Assembly (NCBI GenBank): GCA_048939465.1
Contig: JBHLPL010000032.1
Location: forward strand, 1-18,795
Source: Promethearchaeota archaeon
Lineage (GTDB): Archaea; Asgardarchaeota; Odinarchaeia; Odinarchaeales; JBHLKK01
DNA: 18,795 bases
Direction: 5' to 3'
Position numbers and translations under genes: made by a program. The notes beneath the pieces are model-generated. The model had not been told where the DNA came from and ran no database searches. It saw only the letters and a program-made list of their open reading frames with translations. Each line of letters starts with the position of its first letter. Positions within the stretch are counted from its first letter, which is position 1. Below are positions 8,009 through 17,109 of the stretch, piece by piece.

Positions 8009-10770
8009 ATGGGAAAATCCAAATCCATTTCTTCTGTTGCGGTCTTATTCTTAATGCTCGCTCCGATTTTTCTGGCGGGCTCAGTCTATGGTATTGAACC
8101 AGGTATTCAGACTGAAAATCAATGGAGCCCATACTATAAGTTTCGCAGAATGGTTACAATAACCGAGCCAGGTATCTCTGATAGAATTCTTGAACCCGTA
8201 GATGTCTATCTGACCTTTCCACAGGAACAAGCAATCGTAAACAGTTGCAGAGTAGTTTACTTCAATGGTACTGCATGGAACGAAGTTACTAGTCAGGTCT
8301 GGAACGAAACAACATACATGGATTTAGGATCTACATATTACAACTCGTGCACCGTAACGTTCTTAGCCAACGTGACAGAGTCCACCCAGAAAATCTACTA
8401 CGTGTATTACGATGACGCGAACAATACAGCTCCAGACTATAACAGCAGAATTTGGGCGGTCGTTAGGAATAGTTCAGCTCCAGTGGACGAGTATTACCCC
8501 TGGATATTTGACAACTCCACGGGCACAAACTATACTTACTCAGATCTTATTGAAATAAGGACACCGATCGCAAATGAGACCGCCTCTATCATTCTGTCAG
8601 ACACCACGAGACCCGGATCCGACTGGGGCGGTCCCGTATGTGGCTTAATAACAGCGAAGTATAACGACTCGCTTGCTCTGAACACCTACGACGGATATAG
8701 GGCGAGTTCATTCATGTTTGTAGGGGAATTTGCCATAGATCCCTTCAATATGGATTCTACTGACGCAAGTATTTACAGGGTCAATGTGGGGCCTAACAAT
8801 CCGGCTGAGGCATGGATACCAGAGGGAGGAAGCGTGTATATTGAGCAAAACGGTCCGCTTTTTGTAGTTATAAGAATCAAGACAAGCGACGGTGGATATG
8901 AAAACGGAGCTTGGACAGTAAACGGAACGTCTGTGAGTTATACTGGGCATACGGATTCCTATTACCCATCAATGATTCCAGCTAATCATGGAAGCGGATT
9001 CTTCAATTACACATATACTTATCGGTTTTATTATCATGGATGTAACCTTCTGGCCGAACTGGATCAGAAGATTCAGGTAAACGTTCAAATCCCAGGAGCC
9101 GGGGCCTATGTTAAGAACTACGGTGATTGGCCTCACGTCTTAACCTTTACAGCGAATTCATCGGTCGAAGCAGCCCTGCAGAATCAGCATGCTTGGTACG
9201 GATCAAAATACGGTCTATACAATGAATCCTCAAGCTCCAAGCGAAGGGATTTCCCGATTGAACCTTGGTCTGCATGGTACGATAATGAATCTGGCAGCGA
9301 CCCCTCAATTGGAATTATTACTACAAACGATACAATTGGCTGGGAAGTATTGTCGCTTGTTGTTGGTGGCATAGGACCAAATATTATGCTTCAGCAAATC
9401 CTGAGAGAGGGCCACCAAGGGGATTTATATCTTATGCAGAATGGAACGGTTTTCACTTACCACTATTACATATACACATCGGCCTTTGGAACCAACTTCA
9501 CCGAAATAAGGAACATGGCATTCCAACTCAATGATCCTCTGAGCGTCTCCCTAAAAGATTCAACTGTTATGACAGTTGCCCCATCTATAACTCCCGTTAT
9601 GATGATCGCCAGCGAAGAAACAGCATTCACGGTAAATTTCACGGATCCGGGAACTAATGAACTGATTACGAACGCAATGGTTGAATATCACGCTGATTGG
9701 CAACCTGCAGGAACATGGACTATCATGTTTGAATCAACGCCTGGGGTATCGGGCGAATATCAAAGAAACATAGCCGCCCCCTCAGATCTGGGGTCTCACA
9801 GTATTACGATAAGAGCAGTAAAATCTGGCTATCCCACCGCGTCTCATACTATCGATGCGCAGATTCTGGCAAAAACCACGATATCTGGGCCTCTTGCCCT
9901 TAGCGTTCTCATAGGTGAAAACAAGACTGTTACCGTAACGTTGATGCGCACTGATCGGGGAGTTCAAGAGCCGATTGATGATGCGAATATAACTATTAGT
10001 GGCTGGAATGGAACACACGTTGTCACCCCGCTTGGAAACGGTCAGTACAGTGTGTCGTTTTACACAACAGGACTTGATGAATCCGATGTTGGGACATATG
10101 ATGTTAGTGTTACAGCCAGTAAAACAGACTATCAGAATCAAACAATCCTGATTGGAGTAACTGTAAGCTCACCACCAGGACAACCAGTCATAGTCTCATT
10201 CGACTGGCTGATAATCATCGTACTGTCGGCAGGGCTGGTGAGCGCAGTGGGTTACTCGTTATGGAGCAGCTACCTCCGTTATCCGCCAATAGTCAGGAAG
10301 ATCAGGAAACTGCACAAAGCCATAAGGAAGGACAGACCCCCCGCAAAGTCAATAGACGTAAAGGGAAGAGATGTTCTGGTGCATGAAACGTATCGTAAAA
10401 CAGCCGGGGAACCACCAAAAGTATCGAGAAAGGAAGTCCCTGAAGAACCTCCCATAATTGTTTCACATGAGCCGGATGTCGAATTATCGCACCCTCCCCC
10501 GGATGAAGCATCGCCTACCGAGGAGGTTGTTGAGGAAATGCCCCCAGAGGAGACTGAGGGAGCGCCTCCGGCAGAAACTGAAGAGATACCGAGGGCCGAA
10601 GAACCAGAACCTCCACCGGAGACAACTCCTGAAGAAGAGTAGCTTCATCGGGAACTGGTGAGACCGAGGGACCCATCAGATCTTTGAGGGAAGAAGTGTT
10701 ACACGAACTTCTCGGACTGCCTCCAGAAGAATGTAGAACGTTGCCTGAATCGATGAAAACGAAGGATTGA
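8009..10770 (+). CDS. Type I membrane surface glycoprotein (signal peptide, DUF2341-like N-domain, Ig-like domains, TM, acidic Pro-rich cytoplasmic tail). Unspliced 8009-10642 (877 aa); spliced join(8009-10635,10650-10770) 915 aa
   Basis: Signal peptide; RRMVTITEP...EPVDVYLTF...YYVYY N-domain pattern; TM WLIIIVLSAGLVSAVGYSLW; basic YPPIVRKIRKLHKAIRK segment; E/P-rich tail. Second exon inferred from the BHB intron. Confidence 0.85.
10636..10649 (+). other. 14-nt BHB intron containing the TAG stop codon
   Basis: UCC/GGA exon helix, UGAA/UUCA central helix, GAA and UCG 3-nt bulges, one G-C closing pair. Canonical cuts join GA|G in frame to a 39-aa protein-like tail. Confidence 0.7.
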
Positions 10771-10836
10771 AGGACAGCTTCGCAGAAAAGGAACTAGCGG
10801 TTAATCTGAAGTATCATCGACGTTTGAAATCAGACT

Positions 10837-10899
10837 GGGTGGTGGGTTGGACTGAGCAGGGACGAAAGAGAAAACGGCTCTGATGATTCCACTCCCCCC
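10837..10899 (+). promoter_or_regulatory. Hairpin with kink-turn over the likely translation start region of the glycosyltransferase gene
   Basis: CUGA(10852-55)-GC.../GC-UCU-GAUGA(10877-86) K-turn geometry; G-rich 10837-51 can pair with the C-rich 10888-99 tract. Confidence 0.35.
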
Positions 10900-10971
10900 C
10901 TTTCGAGACTTTTTAGAGAACTCTCAAACAGAAGACTGAATGACCTATTCCTGATTTCAGCTTCTTTTATC

Positions 10972-12948
10972 GTGATACTCTCTATCGATTTTCTGATTGA
11001 TCTGGGTGTTTTTTTCGGCGTCATCGTGCTGCTTTGTTTGGGTTACGTGTTCTCAGAGATGTTCTCAGGAAGAGAAAGGACCTTTATGGAAAAACTGGTA
11101 ATCAGCTTTGGAGCTGGAATGATACTCGTTATCATGACTGCAATCTTCTCTTCGCTCCTAGATCTCTGGCATATAATCGACGTTCTGCTGATCGCGGAGT
11201 TCTTCTTCTTAATACCCATTGTCATCTTTAAGCGATTGATCTTGAAGCATCAAGGAGGCTGTACTGCTCCCACCAAGTTTGAATTTGCCCTGATCCTTTT
11301 TATTATCTCTTTTGTTGTCATTCTATCCTTGCTAAGACATGCACCCTTTCACTCGAGGGACGAATATGCACATCTTTATGTAATTCGAAATCTGCTCCTC
11401 AACAAGTCCTTTGCTGAGGATTTTCCGATAGTGTCTGGTGAAAGCTTATGGGCGGGAGAAACATACGGAAGGTATTTCTTTGTCTACACTTATGCTGCAT
11501 TGGTGAAGTTCGGAGGACTCGACTTCTACTCAATAGAGCGCATTTCAATATTCTTTACAGCCATGATTATCCCGTCAGTGTATATCTTGGGAGCAAGGTT
11601 GTCTAAAGTCAAGAATGTTGAGTCCCAGTGGCTGGGTATTATTGCTGCTGTTTTCGTCAGCGTAAATCCTGCAATCGTATATTTTTCTATCAGGCTTTTC
11701 CCCGATCTACTTGCAGCAGCTCTTGTGATACCATCTCTTTTCTTTTTCATAAGCTGGAAAGACAAAGGATACAAAGAGGATATACTGAGTTGTGCCTTCT
11801 TTATCTTCTTGGCACTATTCACAAAACTTCACGGTCTAGTATTTCTATCAATTTTGGTAATCCTTGGAATAATAAGTCTTCAAGACAGGAGAAAGTCAGC
11901 CATCTTGCTCAGCCTTTGTATTCTGGTACTCATGTTTATTCTTGTTTTCGGATCGGAGATCCCTTTCCTAAGCGAAATAACTGTTCGTTTGCAGAATGTG
12001 GTTCAGACCCTTTATGAAAGCATGGCATCTATGGGCGAGACCATAGGTTCCATGTTTGTTCACACATATGGAGTCTATGGATACTTGGGGTATTACCCGC
12101 AGGCAGTGTTTGTGCTTCTCATATTGGGCAGTGGGTACTTCCTCCTTAATTACCCGAGAAAGCACATCTTGGTCCTATTCCTGCCGTTGGTTGCATACTT
12201 GGCTCTTTTCTGGTTTGGCTCATTCGGGGGAGGAACAAGGCACTTCTTACCGTGTTACCCGATACTGATGATACTTGCCGCAGAAGGAGCGTTGACGCTC
12301 ACAAAACGGGACTGGCTTGTTCCGACGATAATTGCCAGCGTCCCCCTTTTCCTTATCCTAGTAACCTCTCTATATCAGATCTCGGATTTACCTCTTTTGG
12401 GTATTCTCCCCTTCTACACAGCCATTATAGCATTCGTCGGCGGCACGCTAATAATCTCCAAAAAGATACTGGAAGGTCTGAATCTGAAGAATACGAGCAG
12501 TAAGATGATTTGGGGGATAACTGTAACGGTTTTGCTTGCTTCATCATTCAGTATCTACCAAAGCTATATTTTCATAAGCAACGGAGCGTACAGTGATAGT
12601 TTCTACCCTGACATTAACGTAGCAGGAGACTGGCTAAGGACAAACACCATGGTAAATGTTGTCATTCTCACAAACGGCTACGTTCCCCTGCCCTACTTCG
12701 CAGATTATCGTTCTGCCCGTGTTCCTCCCGAGACTGAGCAGGAGTTCTTAGACATAATAGAAAATGGTGAAGTCGACTATGTTGTTATTTTCACACAACC
12801 AATCCTAAGCGAGTTTGTGAAGTTTCCGTACTTGGAGAAATATATCGATATGCCAATCCCGGAAGCAGTGGAGATATTCCGCTACCACAATCCAACCATC
12901 ACACTATATAATGGGACATCATTCGTCATATGGAGAGTTATGACGTAA
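10972..12948 (+). CDS. Multi-pass GT-C fold glycosyltransferase (ArnT/PMT/GT39-like)
   Basis: More than 12 TM segments; luminal-loop acidic motif SRDEYAH; GGGTRHFLP motif; C-terminal domain GDWLRTNT...VILTN...YF...VDYVV. The frame is open upstream to 10828, so the true start may be earlier (CTG 10852?). Confidence 0.8.
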   Translation: MILSIDFLIDLGVFFGVIVLLCLGYVFSEMFSGRERTFMEKLVISFGAGMILVIMTAIFSSLLDLWHIIDVLLIAEFFFLIPIVIFKRLILKHQGGCTAPTKFEFALILFIISFVVILSLLRHAPFHSRDEYAHLYVIRNLLLNKSFAEDFPIVSGESLWAGETYGRYFFVYTYAALVKFGGLDFYSIERISIFFTAMIIPSVYILGARLSKVKNVESQWLGIIAAVFVSVNPAIVYFSIRLFPDLLAAALVIPSLFFFISWKDKGYKEDILSCAFFIFLALFTKLHGLVFLSILVILGIISLQDRRKSAILLSLCILVLMFILVFGSEIPFLSEITVRLQNVVQTLYESMASMGETIGSMFVHTYGVYGYLGYYPQAVFVLLILGSGYFLLNYPRKHILVLFLPLVAYLALFWFGSFGGGTRHFLPCYPILMILAAEGALTLTKRDWLVPTIIASVPLFLILVTSLYQISDLPLLGILPFYTAIIAFVGGTLIISKKILEGLNLKNTSSKMIWGITVTVLLASSFSIYQSYIFISNGAYSDSFYPDINVAGDWLRTNTMVNVVILTNGYVPLPYFADYRSARVPPETEQEFLDIIENGEVDYVVIFTQPILSEFVKFPYLEKYIDMPIPEAVEIFRYHNPTITLYNGTSFVIWRVMT

Positions 12949-13049
12949 AGACTTCTTAACTCAAGCCGGCGTGGATATTTGGCAGAGAGCAGTTCAATCC
13001 GAAACGCATATATTGGGTCTGCTCCAAATTGTCTTTAGGAGAAATTTGA

Positions 13050-13922
13050 TTGGTACTCCCTGATGTCCAATCAATCCATGATTATGGTGATTTTAGAGCT
13101 ATGGAGAAATCTTCCATGTCTGAAAAAGATGAAAGCAAACTTGAACACATTGCTGCTGGCATTGAGGAGTTGAGCGCGACATCTTCGGAACTGAAAATGT
13201 TTTTCAAGCAGTTTATGGATCACATGGCAGAGCAGCTGGGCGATATAATGAGTGCGATCGACTCAGTTAAGGCCGATATCACCAAACTTGGCCAGATTCC
13301 CGATGCTTTCGGTGAATCAGCAAAGCTCCTAGAAAAAGTTCAGAAGACACTGTCGGAGGAAGGCGTCCCCGCCGGTCAGGCCGGTGGCGCAGATCTTAGT
13401 GGATTCGAATCCAGAATCGAAGAGCTTGACAGTAGACTCGGAGGCATTGAGGGCGATGTAAAGTCAATTAGCAACGCTGTCACTGCATTAGGAAAAGCCA
13501 CAGCTGAAGTAATCAATAAGTTGTCTGGTATATCAGAAAAGGCAGCCGTTTCAACTGCGTCCGCTCCTGAACCTGCCCCGACTCCTGCCGTGTCTCCACG
13601 ACCCCCCAAACCTTCAAAGGCTGTAAGTCAGGCTACTGAGCCTGCCAGAGTAAAAATTGGCACTTCTACCGGTCCTGTTGCAGATATACTTGATGCGCTT
13701 GAAGCAGATATTCAGTCGGGGAAAACCGCGGAAGACCTGGCCAAAAGCTTCGAGGACTCCCGAGACCAACTGATGAAGCATATTTCATACCATCCAGCAT
13801 ACTTCGAAATGGGGAAGGTCATCAAAGCCCTCACGAAATATGGCGACAGCCCTCTTGATAAGAACTCGACAAAGCAGCTTATTGAAAAGATTGAGACCTG
13901 GAGAGAGCGTATGCGGACATAA
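13050..13922 (+). CDS. Hypothetical coiled-coil protein with Pro/Ala linker and C-terminal four-helix domain
   Basis: Heptad-rich N-terminal two-thirds, APEPAPTPAVSPRPPKP linker, ~80-aa helical C-domain. Start uncertain (TTG 13050 or ATG 13101/13116). Confidence 0.8.
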   Translation: MVLPDVQSIHDYGDFRAMEKSSMSEKDESKLEHIAAGIEELSATSSELKMFFKQFMDHMAEQLGDIMSAIDSVKADITKLGQIPDAFGESAKLLEKVQKTLSEEGVPAGQAGGADLSGFESRIEELDSRLGGIEGDVKSISNAVTALGKATAEVINKLSGISEKAAVSTASAPEPAPTPAVSPRPPKPSKAVSQATEPARVKIGTSTGPVADILDALEADIQSGKTAEDLAKSFEDSRDQLMKHISYHPAYFEMGKVIKALTKYGDSPLDKNSTKQLIEKIETWRERMRT

Positions 13923-13925
13923 TCT

Positions 13926-14889
13926 CTATATCCTTAATCCTTCTAATAGGGCAACCATTATTGAAGCTGCTGTCAAATCCGCTGTTGTCCCGGGATTCAA
14001 CAGCCCTTTTTTTTTGTTTAGCTGATCATCAAGCTTCCAAAGTAAGTCCGTTCCTTCTTGACTCAAAAGACCCCCTTCTTTGAGTATTATTCTTGCTTTC
14101 TTGCTTACAAGCTCTGCAGGTCCTTGACCAGCTTTTCTCTTTATTAAGGTATCTTGAACATGCGACAATATCGTAAGATAGGTGTGCACTGTTGCAATAT
14201 TGACATCATTTGTCTCTTTCAGTGTATCAAAGAAGGCTGGATATCCGATACCGAAGGTTATCTCGAAGTCTGTGACCCACTCTCGACTGACATCGTCCCA
14301 ATCTGAACTTATCTTAAATAAGTCAAGAAGTGTAATCTGACGTTCAAGGATATCAGATGTAGACCTAGAATCCGTTACGTCGAATTCGGGAGAATGACCA
14401 AGTCCACCAGGTTTTATTGCGGCTATGGCCTCGTATAACTCAACAGCATCTTGGGAAGTTGTATTTGTTAAGACATATCCAAGGTTTTCTCGCAGTCTCT
14501 TTGCATTTACGGTACCAGTTGCCAAGCTTATCCCTGCCGACACGCTAAGTGGGGACAATAGAAGGACAGTTCCGAGGTTTATGTTTCCTCCCCTTTGCCA
14601 CTTCTGTGTTTCTTCTACTGCCAGTCTCATATGCTTTCCGATTTCCACTTCTTCATATCTTTGACTCTGTGCGGCACTAACACCCTTCGTAGCTAAAGCT
14701 CGCATTTGGGGATTGATGGCAATGGCACCCGCTAAGAAATGTTCAAAGACTGTTTTGGCCGTATTCCTAGTTCGATGGACATTACCCGGTTTGCCGCCTC
14801 GCCACAGGTTTCGGCCATCCACTCACTTCCAAGAGTACGGCAAAACTAGCGCACTGAGCTACAAATTCTGCATCTTTTGAAACATTCAT
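13926..14889 (-). CDS. citG: Triphosphoribosyl-dephospho-CoA synthase (CitG) family protein, intron-containing: join(14889-14810,14790-13926), 314 aa
   Basis: Exon 1 MNVSKDAEFVAQCASFAVLLEVSGWPK plus exon 2 PGNVHR...GGNINLG...DTLIKRK...LNPGTTADLTAA give the complete set of CitG motifs. GGAG and TATA upstream of ATG 14889. Confidence 0.9.
14791..14809 (-). other. 19-nt BHB mRNA intron in citG
   Basis: Minus strand G-GCCG-AA|A-CCU-GUGGCG-AGG-CGGC-AA|A-C: 4-bp Watson-Crick central helix, two AAA bulges, 3-bp intron stem. Excision restores W-P-K-P-G-N. Confidence 0.9.
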
Positions 14890-14926
14890 CCTTATCTTCT
14901 CTCCGATAAGGGATTGAGTTTCACCT

Positions 14927-14934
14927 ATATTAAA
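14927..14934 (-). promoter_or_regulatory. Putative TATA box of citG
   Basis: TTTAATAT on the minus strand about 40 nt upstream of ATG 14889. Confidence 0.5.
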
Positions 14935-15094
14935 TATTAATATCTTCTTAGGCCTGCTCGCAACCCGCATGATTCTTTGGAAGTCCAGAACAGATACGCA
15001 CCGCATCACAAATTCTGCAGCAACACAGTCAATGTAAAACCAAAGACTGAGAGATCTATTCGAATTAAATCCGGGGGATCTTCAAAAGAAAAAT

Positions 15095-15120
15095 GAGTAA
15101 AAAACCTAGGTTTTTTACTC
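15095..15120. repeat. Perfect 26-bp palindrome overlapping the ferredoxin stop; possible terminator hairpin
   Basis: GAGTAAAAAACCTAGGTTTTTTACTC is its own reverse complement. Confidence 0.85.
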
Positions 15121-15297
15121 CAATGTTATCGCGGCCTCTGGGCAACTAGATTCGCAAGAACCGCATTCTATGCATGATTCAGGACAGACAACGTGTGATT
15201 TCTTGTCTTTTATTTCAAAGCAATTGGGTTCCGCAGGACATACGTCGTAGCAATCTCCACATCCTGTACATTTTTCTAGATCTACTGTAGGAGGCAT
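15115..15297 (-). CDS. 2[4Fe-4S] ferredoxin
   Basis: CTGCGDCYDVCP and CIECGSCESSCP motifs; strong RBS GAGGTGA at 15304-15310. Confidence 0.95.
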   Translation of the reverse strand: MPPTVDLEKCTGCGDCYDVCPAEPNCFEIKDKKSHVVCPESCIECGSCESSCPEAAITLE

Positions 15298-15425
15298 CTC
15301 TTTTCACCTCGCAAACCTTTAATCTATCCATATAAAAAGCTTTTTACCAAGTTCGTATGACTCTGGTCCTCAAATGAAGCAAAGAATTATAAATTCTGTT
15401 CAAGATAGAACTTAGCAAAAGTTGA

Positions 15426-15902
15426 GTGAGAGAAATGACTGCCAAGAGAACGATCTTCAGTCTGCTCAAGGCTGTTAGCCTAATCTTTGCGGCAACCTTT
15501 GCAGGTTTAGGTTTTGTTCTATCCTATGACTCGGCTACCCTTGCCTCTAGCCTTTCAGGACAGCAAATCAACATCAACCACACAGTCAACGCTACTCATG
15601 CTACTATTTCTGCTTCATGGAGCGTATCTCATAACGGATTTCTATACGTGTATGATATGAATATTACGATGCAGCTGTATGCGGACACTGTTTCAGGTCC
15701 CCCAGCGGATGGCTCCACGACACTATTCACACTCGCTCCAGGCACTAGTCAGCCCATCGGTATCGAATTTACGATACCCATAGCCGTGTGGATGTCAGCA
15801 TCTGCGTGGATAGTTTACGGAACAACGGAAGGGACTGCTATGATCGCACAGATAGCCTTCGTCGCATTCAGTCTTACATCGAACTATACTATTGCTGTCT
15901 AG
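15426..15902 (+). CDS. Membrane-anchored beta-rich (LEA_2/Ig-like) hypothetical protein
   Basis: N-terminal TM helix, then alternating beta-strand pattern with N-x-T sequons. Start may be ATG 15435. Confidence 0.7.
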   Translation: MREMTAKRTIFSLLKAVSLIFAATFAGLGFVLSYDSATLASSLSGQQININHTVNATHATISASWSVSHNGFLYVYDMNITMQLYADTVSGPPADGSTTLFTLAPGTSQPIGIEFTIPIAVWMSASAWIVYGTTEGTAMIAQIAFVAFSLTSNYTIAV

Positions 15903-15914
15903 GGGTGGTAAACG

Positions 15915-16373
15915 ATGGGTGTAAAGAAAGGAATATTCTACGCGATATGGTCCATCGTAAGCATGGCAGTTTTGCCATTCTTGGGAAACAGAGTTGCGGC
16001 CAGCTATGGATTTCACTTTGTCTTGCTCGAAAGCATGATGTATTTGATCATTGGAGTGGCAGCAATCTCGGCAACATTATCTTTCCTAGAGAATGCCCTT
16101 TTCGAAACACATACAGCCGCCAGTGCAGCATTCGGAATTAGCAAACACATAATCTACATATGGTACATCCTGACATTTCTAGGAGCAATGACGTCATTTA
16201 GCATCGGCCCTCCGTCGCTACCTGCAGCTATTGATATCCAGATTCGGTACCTATTGCTGGAAGTGCTGCTCATCATAGGAATAACTATCAAACTCATAGT
16301 GTACATGTATCAGGCAGCCTTTGCTAAAGATCTCCGTAAGGTTAAGGAGAAGCCATTCAAAGAAGTCAAATAA
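15915..16373 (+). CDS. Hypothetical 4-TM membrane protein
   Basis: Four hydrophobic segments and a basic C-tail; RBS GGTGG, 12 nt after the previous stop (operon). Confidence 0.8.
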   Translation: MGVKKGIFYAIWSIVSMAVLPFLGNRVAASYGFHFVLLESMMYLIIGVAAISATLSFLENALFETHTAASAAFGISKHIIYIWYILTFLGAMTSFSIGPPSLPAAIDIQIRYLLLEVLLIIGITIKLIVYMYQAAFAKDLRKVKEKPFKEVK

Positions 16374-16459
16374 CCAAATGTTACAGATGGCTCCCTATCC
16401 GGTAAATGACCTGCAAAAAGCACTTCTCTTATTCTATTCTTTTTCTTAGACGCTGTGTG

Positions 16460-16978
16460 TTACTGTTCGACCAGCAGTTGTCTCTGTTTCTCCAGCATCT
16501 TTCCTCTCAATCTGACGATCAGCTTGCTAAGTAGCCCGTCTACCCCTTCACCTGTTTCAGCATTGGTTGGATGAACTGGAATCTCCGGCAGATCGACCAG
16601 CCTGTGGATTTGCTCAGGAGACAAAGCTCCCGAGATGTCTTGCTTATTTGCAGCTATAACACAGGGCATCTTCCCGCAATCCAGTTTGCAGAATATGCTC
16701 TTCGCCTTATCTATCGATTCTTGATTGCTACTGTCAACAACCAGTATCGCTCCATCTGCGCCCTCTGCGAGGACTTCGCTCACAATCGAGAGGTGCTCTT
16801 GCCCCGGCGTTCCGAAGAAATGTATCTTCAAATCATCATAATCTCTGCTTCCATAGTCCAAGCCTATGGTCGTTCCCGAATTCTCAATATTGATAGTCTT
16901 TCCTGTGCTCAGCCTTTGAACCATCTTTGATTTTCCTGATTTGTATGGACCAGTAACCAGTACCTTTAGATGGTGCAT
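16460..16978 (-). CDS. Small GTPase, MglA/ARF-like (COG2229-type)
   Basis: G1 GPYKSGKS, G2 GTTIGLDYG, G3 GTPGQ, G4 NKQD. Likely start ATG 16978 after GAGGAGG (the track starts at GTG 17011). Confidence 0.9.
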   Translation of the reverse strand: MHHLKVLVTGPYKSGKSKMVQRLSTGKTINIENSGTTIGLDYGSRDYDDLKIHFFGTPGQEHLSIVSEVLAEGADGAILVVDSSNQESIDKAKSIFCKLDCGKMPCVIAANKQDISGALSPEQIHRLVDLPEIPVHPTNAETGEGVDGLLSKLIVRLRGKMLEKQRQLLVEQ

Positions 16979-17109
16979 ATCATCCTCCTCAGCAATTCCC
17001 TCGTACCCCACCTTATGCTCGCACCATTGTTAAATATTTTTCGGGGGTGCTTGGACTCCTGAGAAGAAGAGCAAAGAATGGATCAGAATTTCCAGAATGC
17101 GTGACTCAA

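Noticed and set aside
14782-14822. citG as a frameshifted pseudogene, or ATG 14822 as its start
   Set aside because: The exact BHB register and intact motifs on both sides favour an intron; MDGRNLWRGG is an out-of-frame reading of exon 1 plus the intron.
14890-15009. Upstream part of the 75-aa ORF 14782-15009
   Set aside because: Only the part from Met 14889 is CitG exon 1; the upstream codons overlap the citG TATA box and RBS.
16445-16495. BHB-like stem (AGAC:GUCU, GCUG:CAGC) over the GTPase stop
   Set aside because: The bulge is 4 nt (AACU) and the exon side is unpaired; not canonical geometry.
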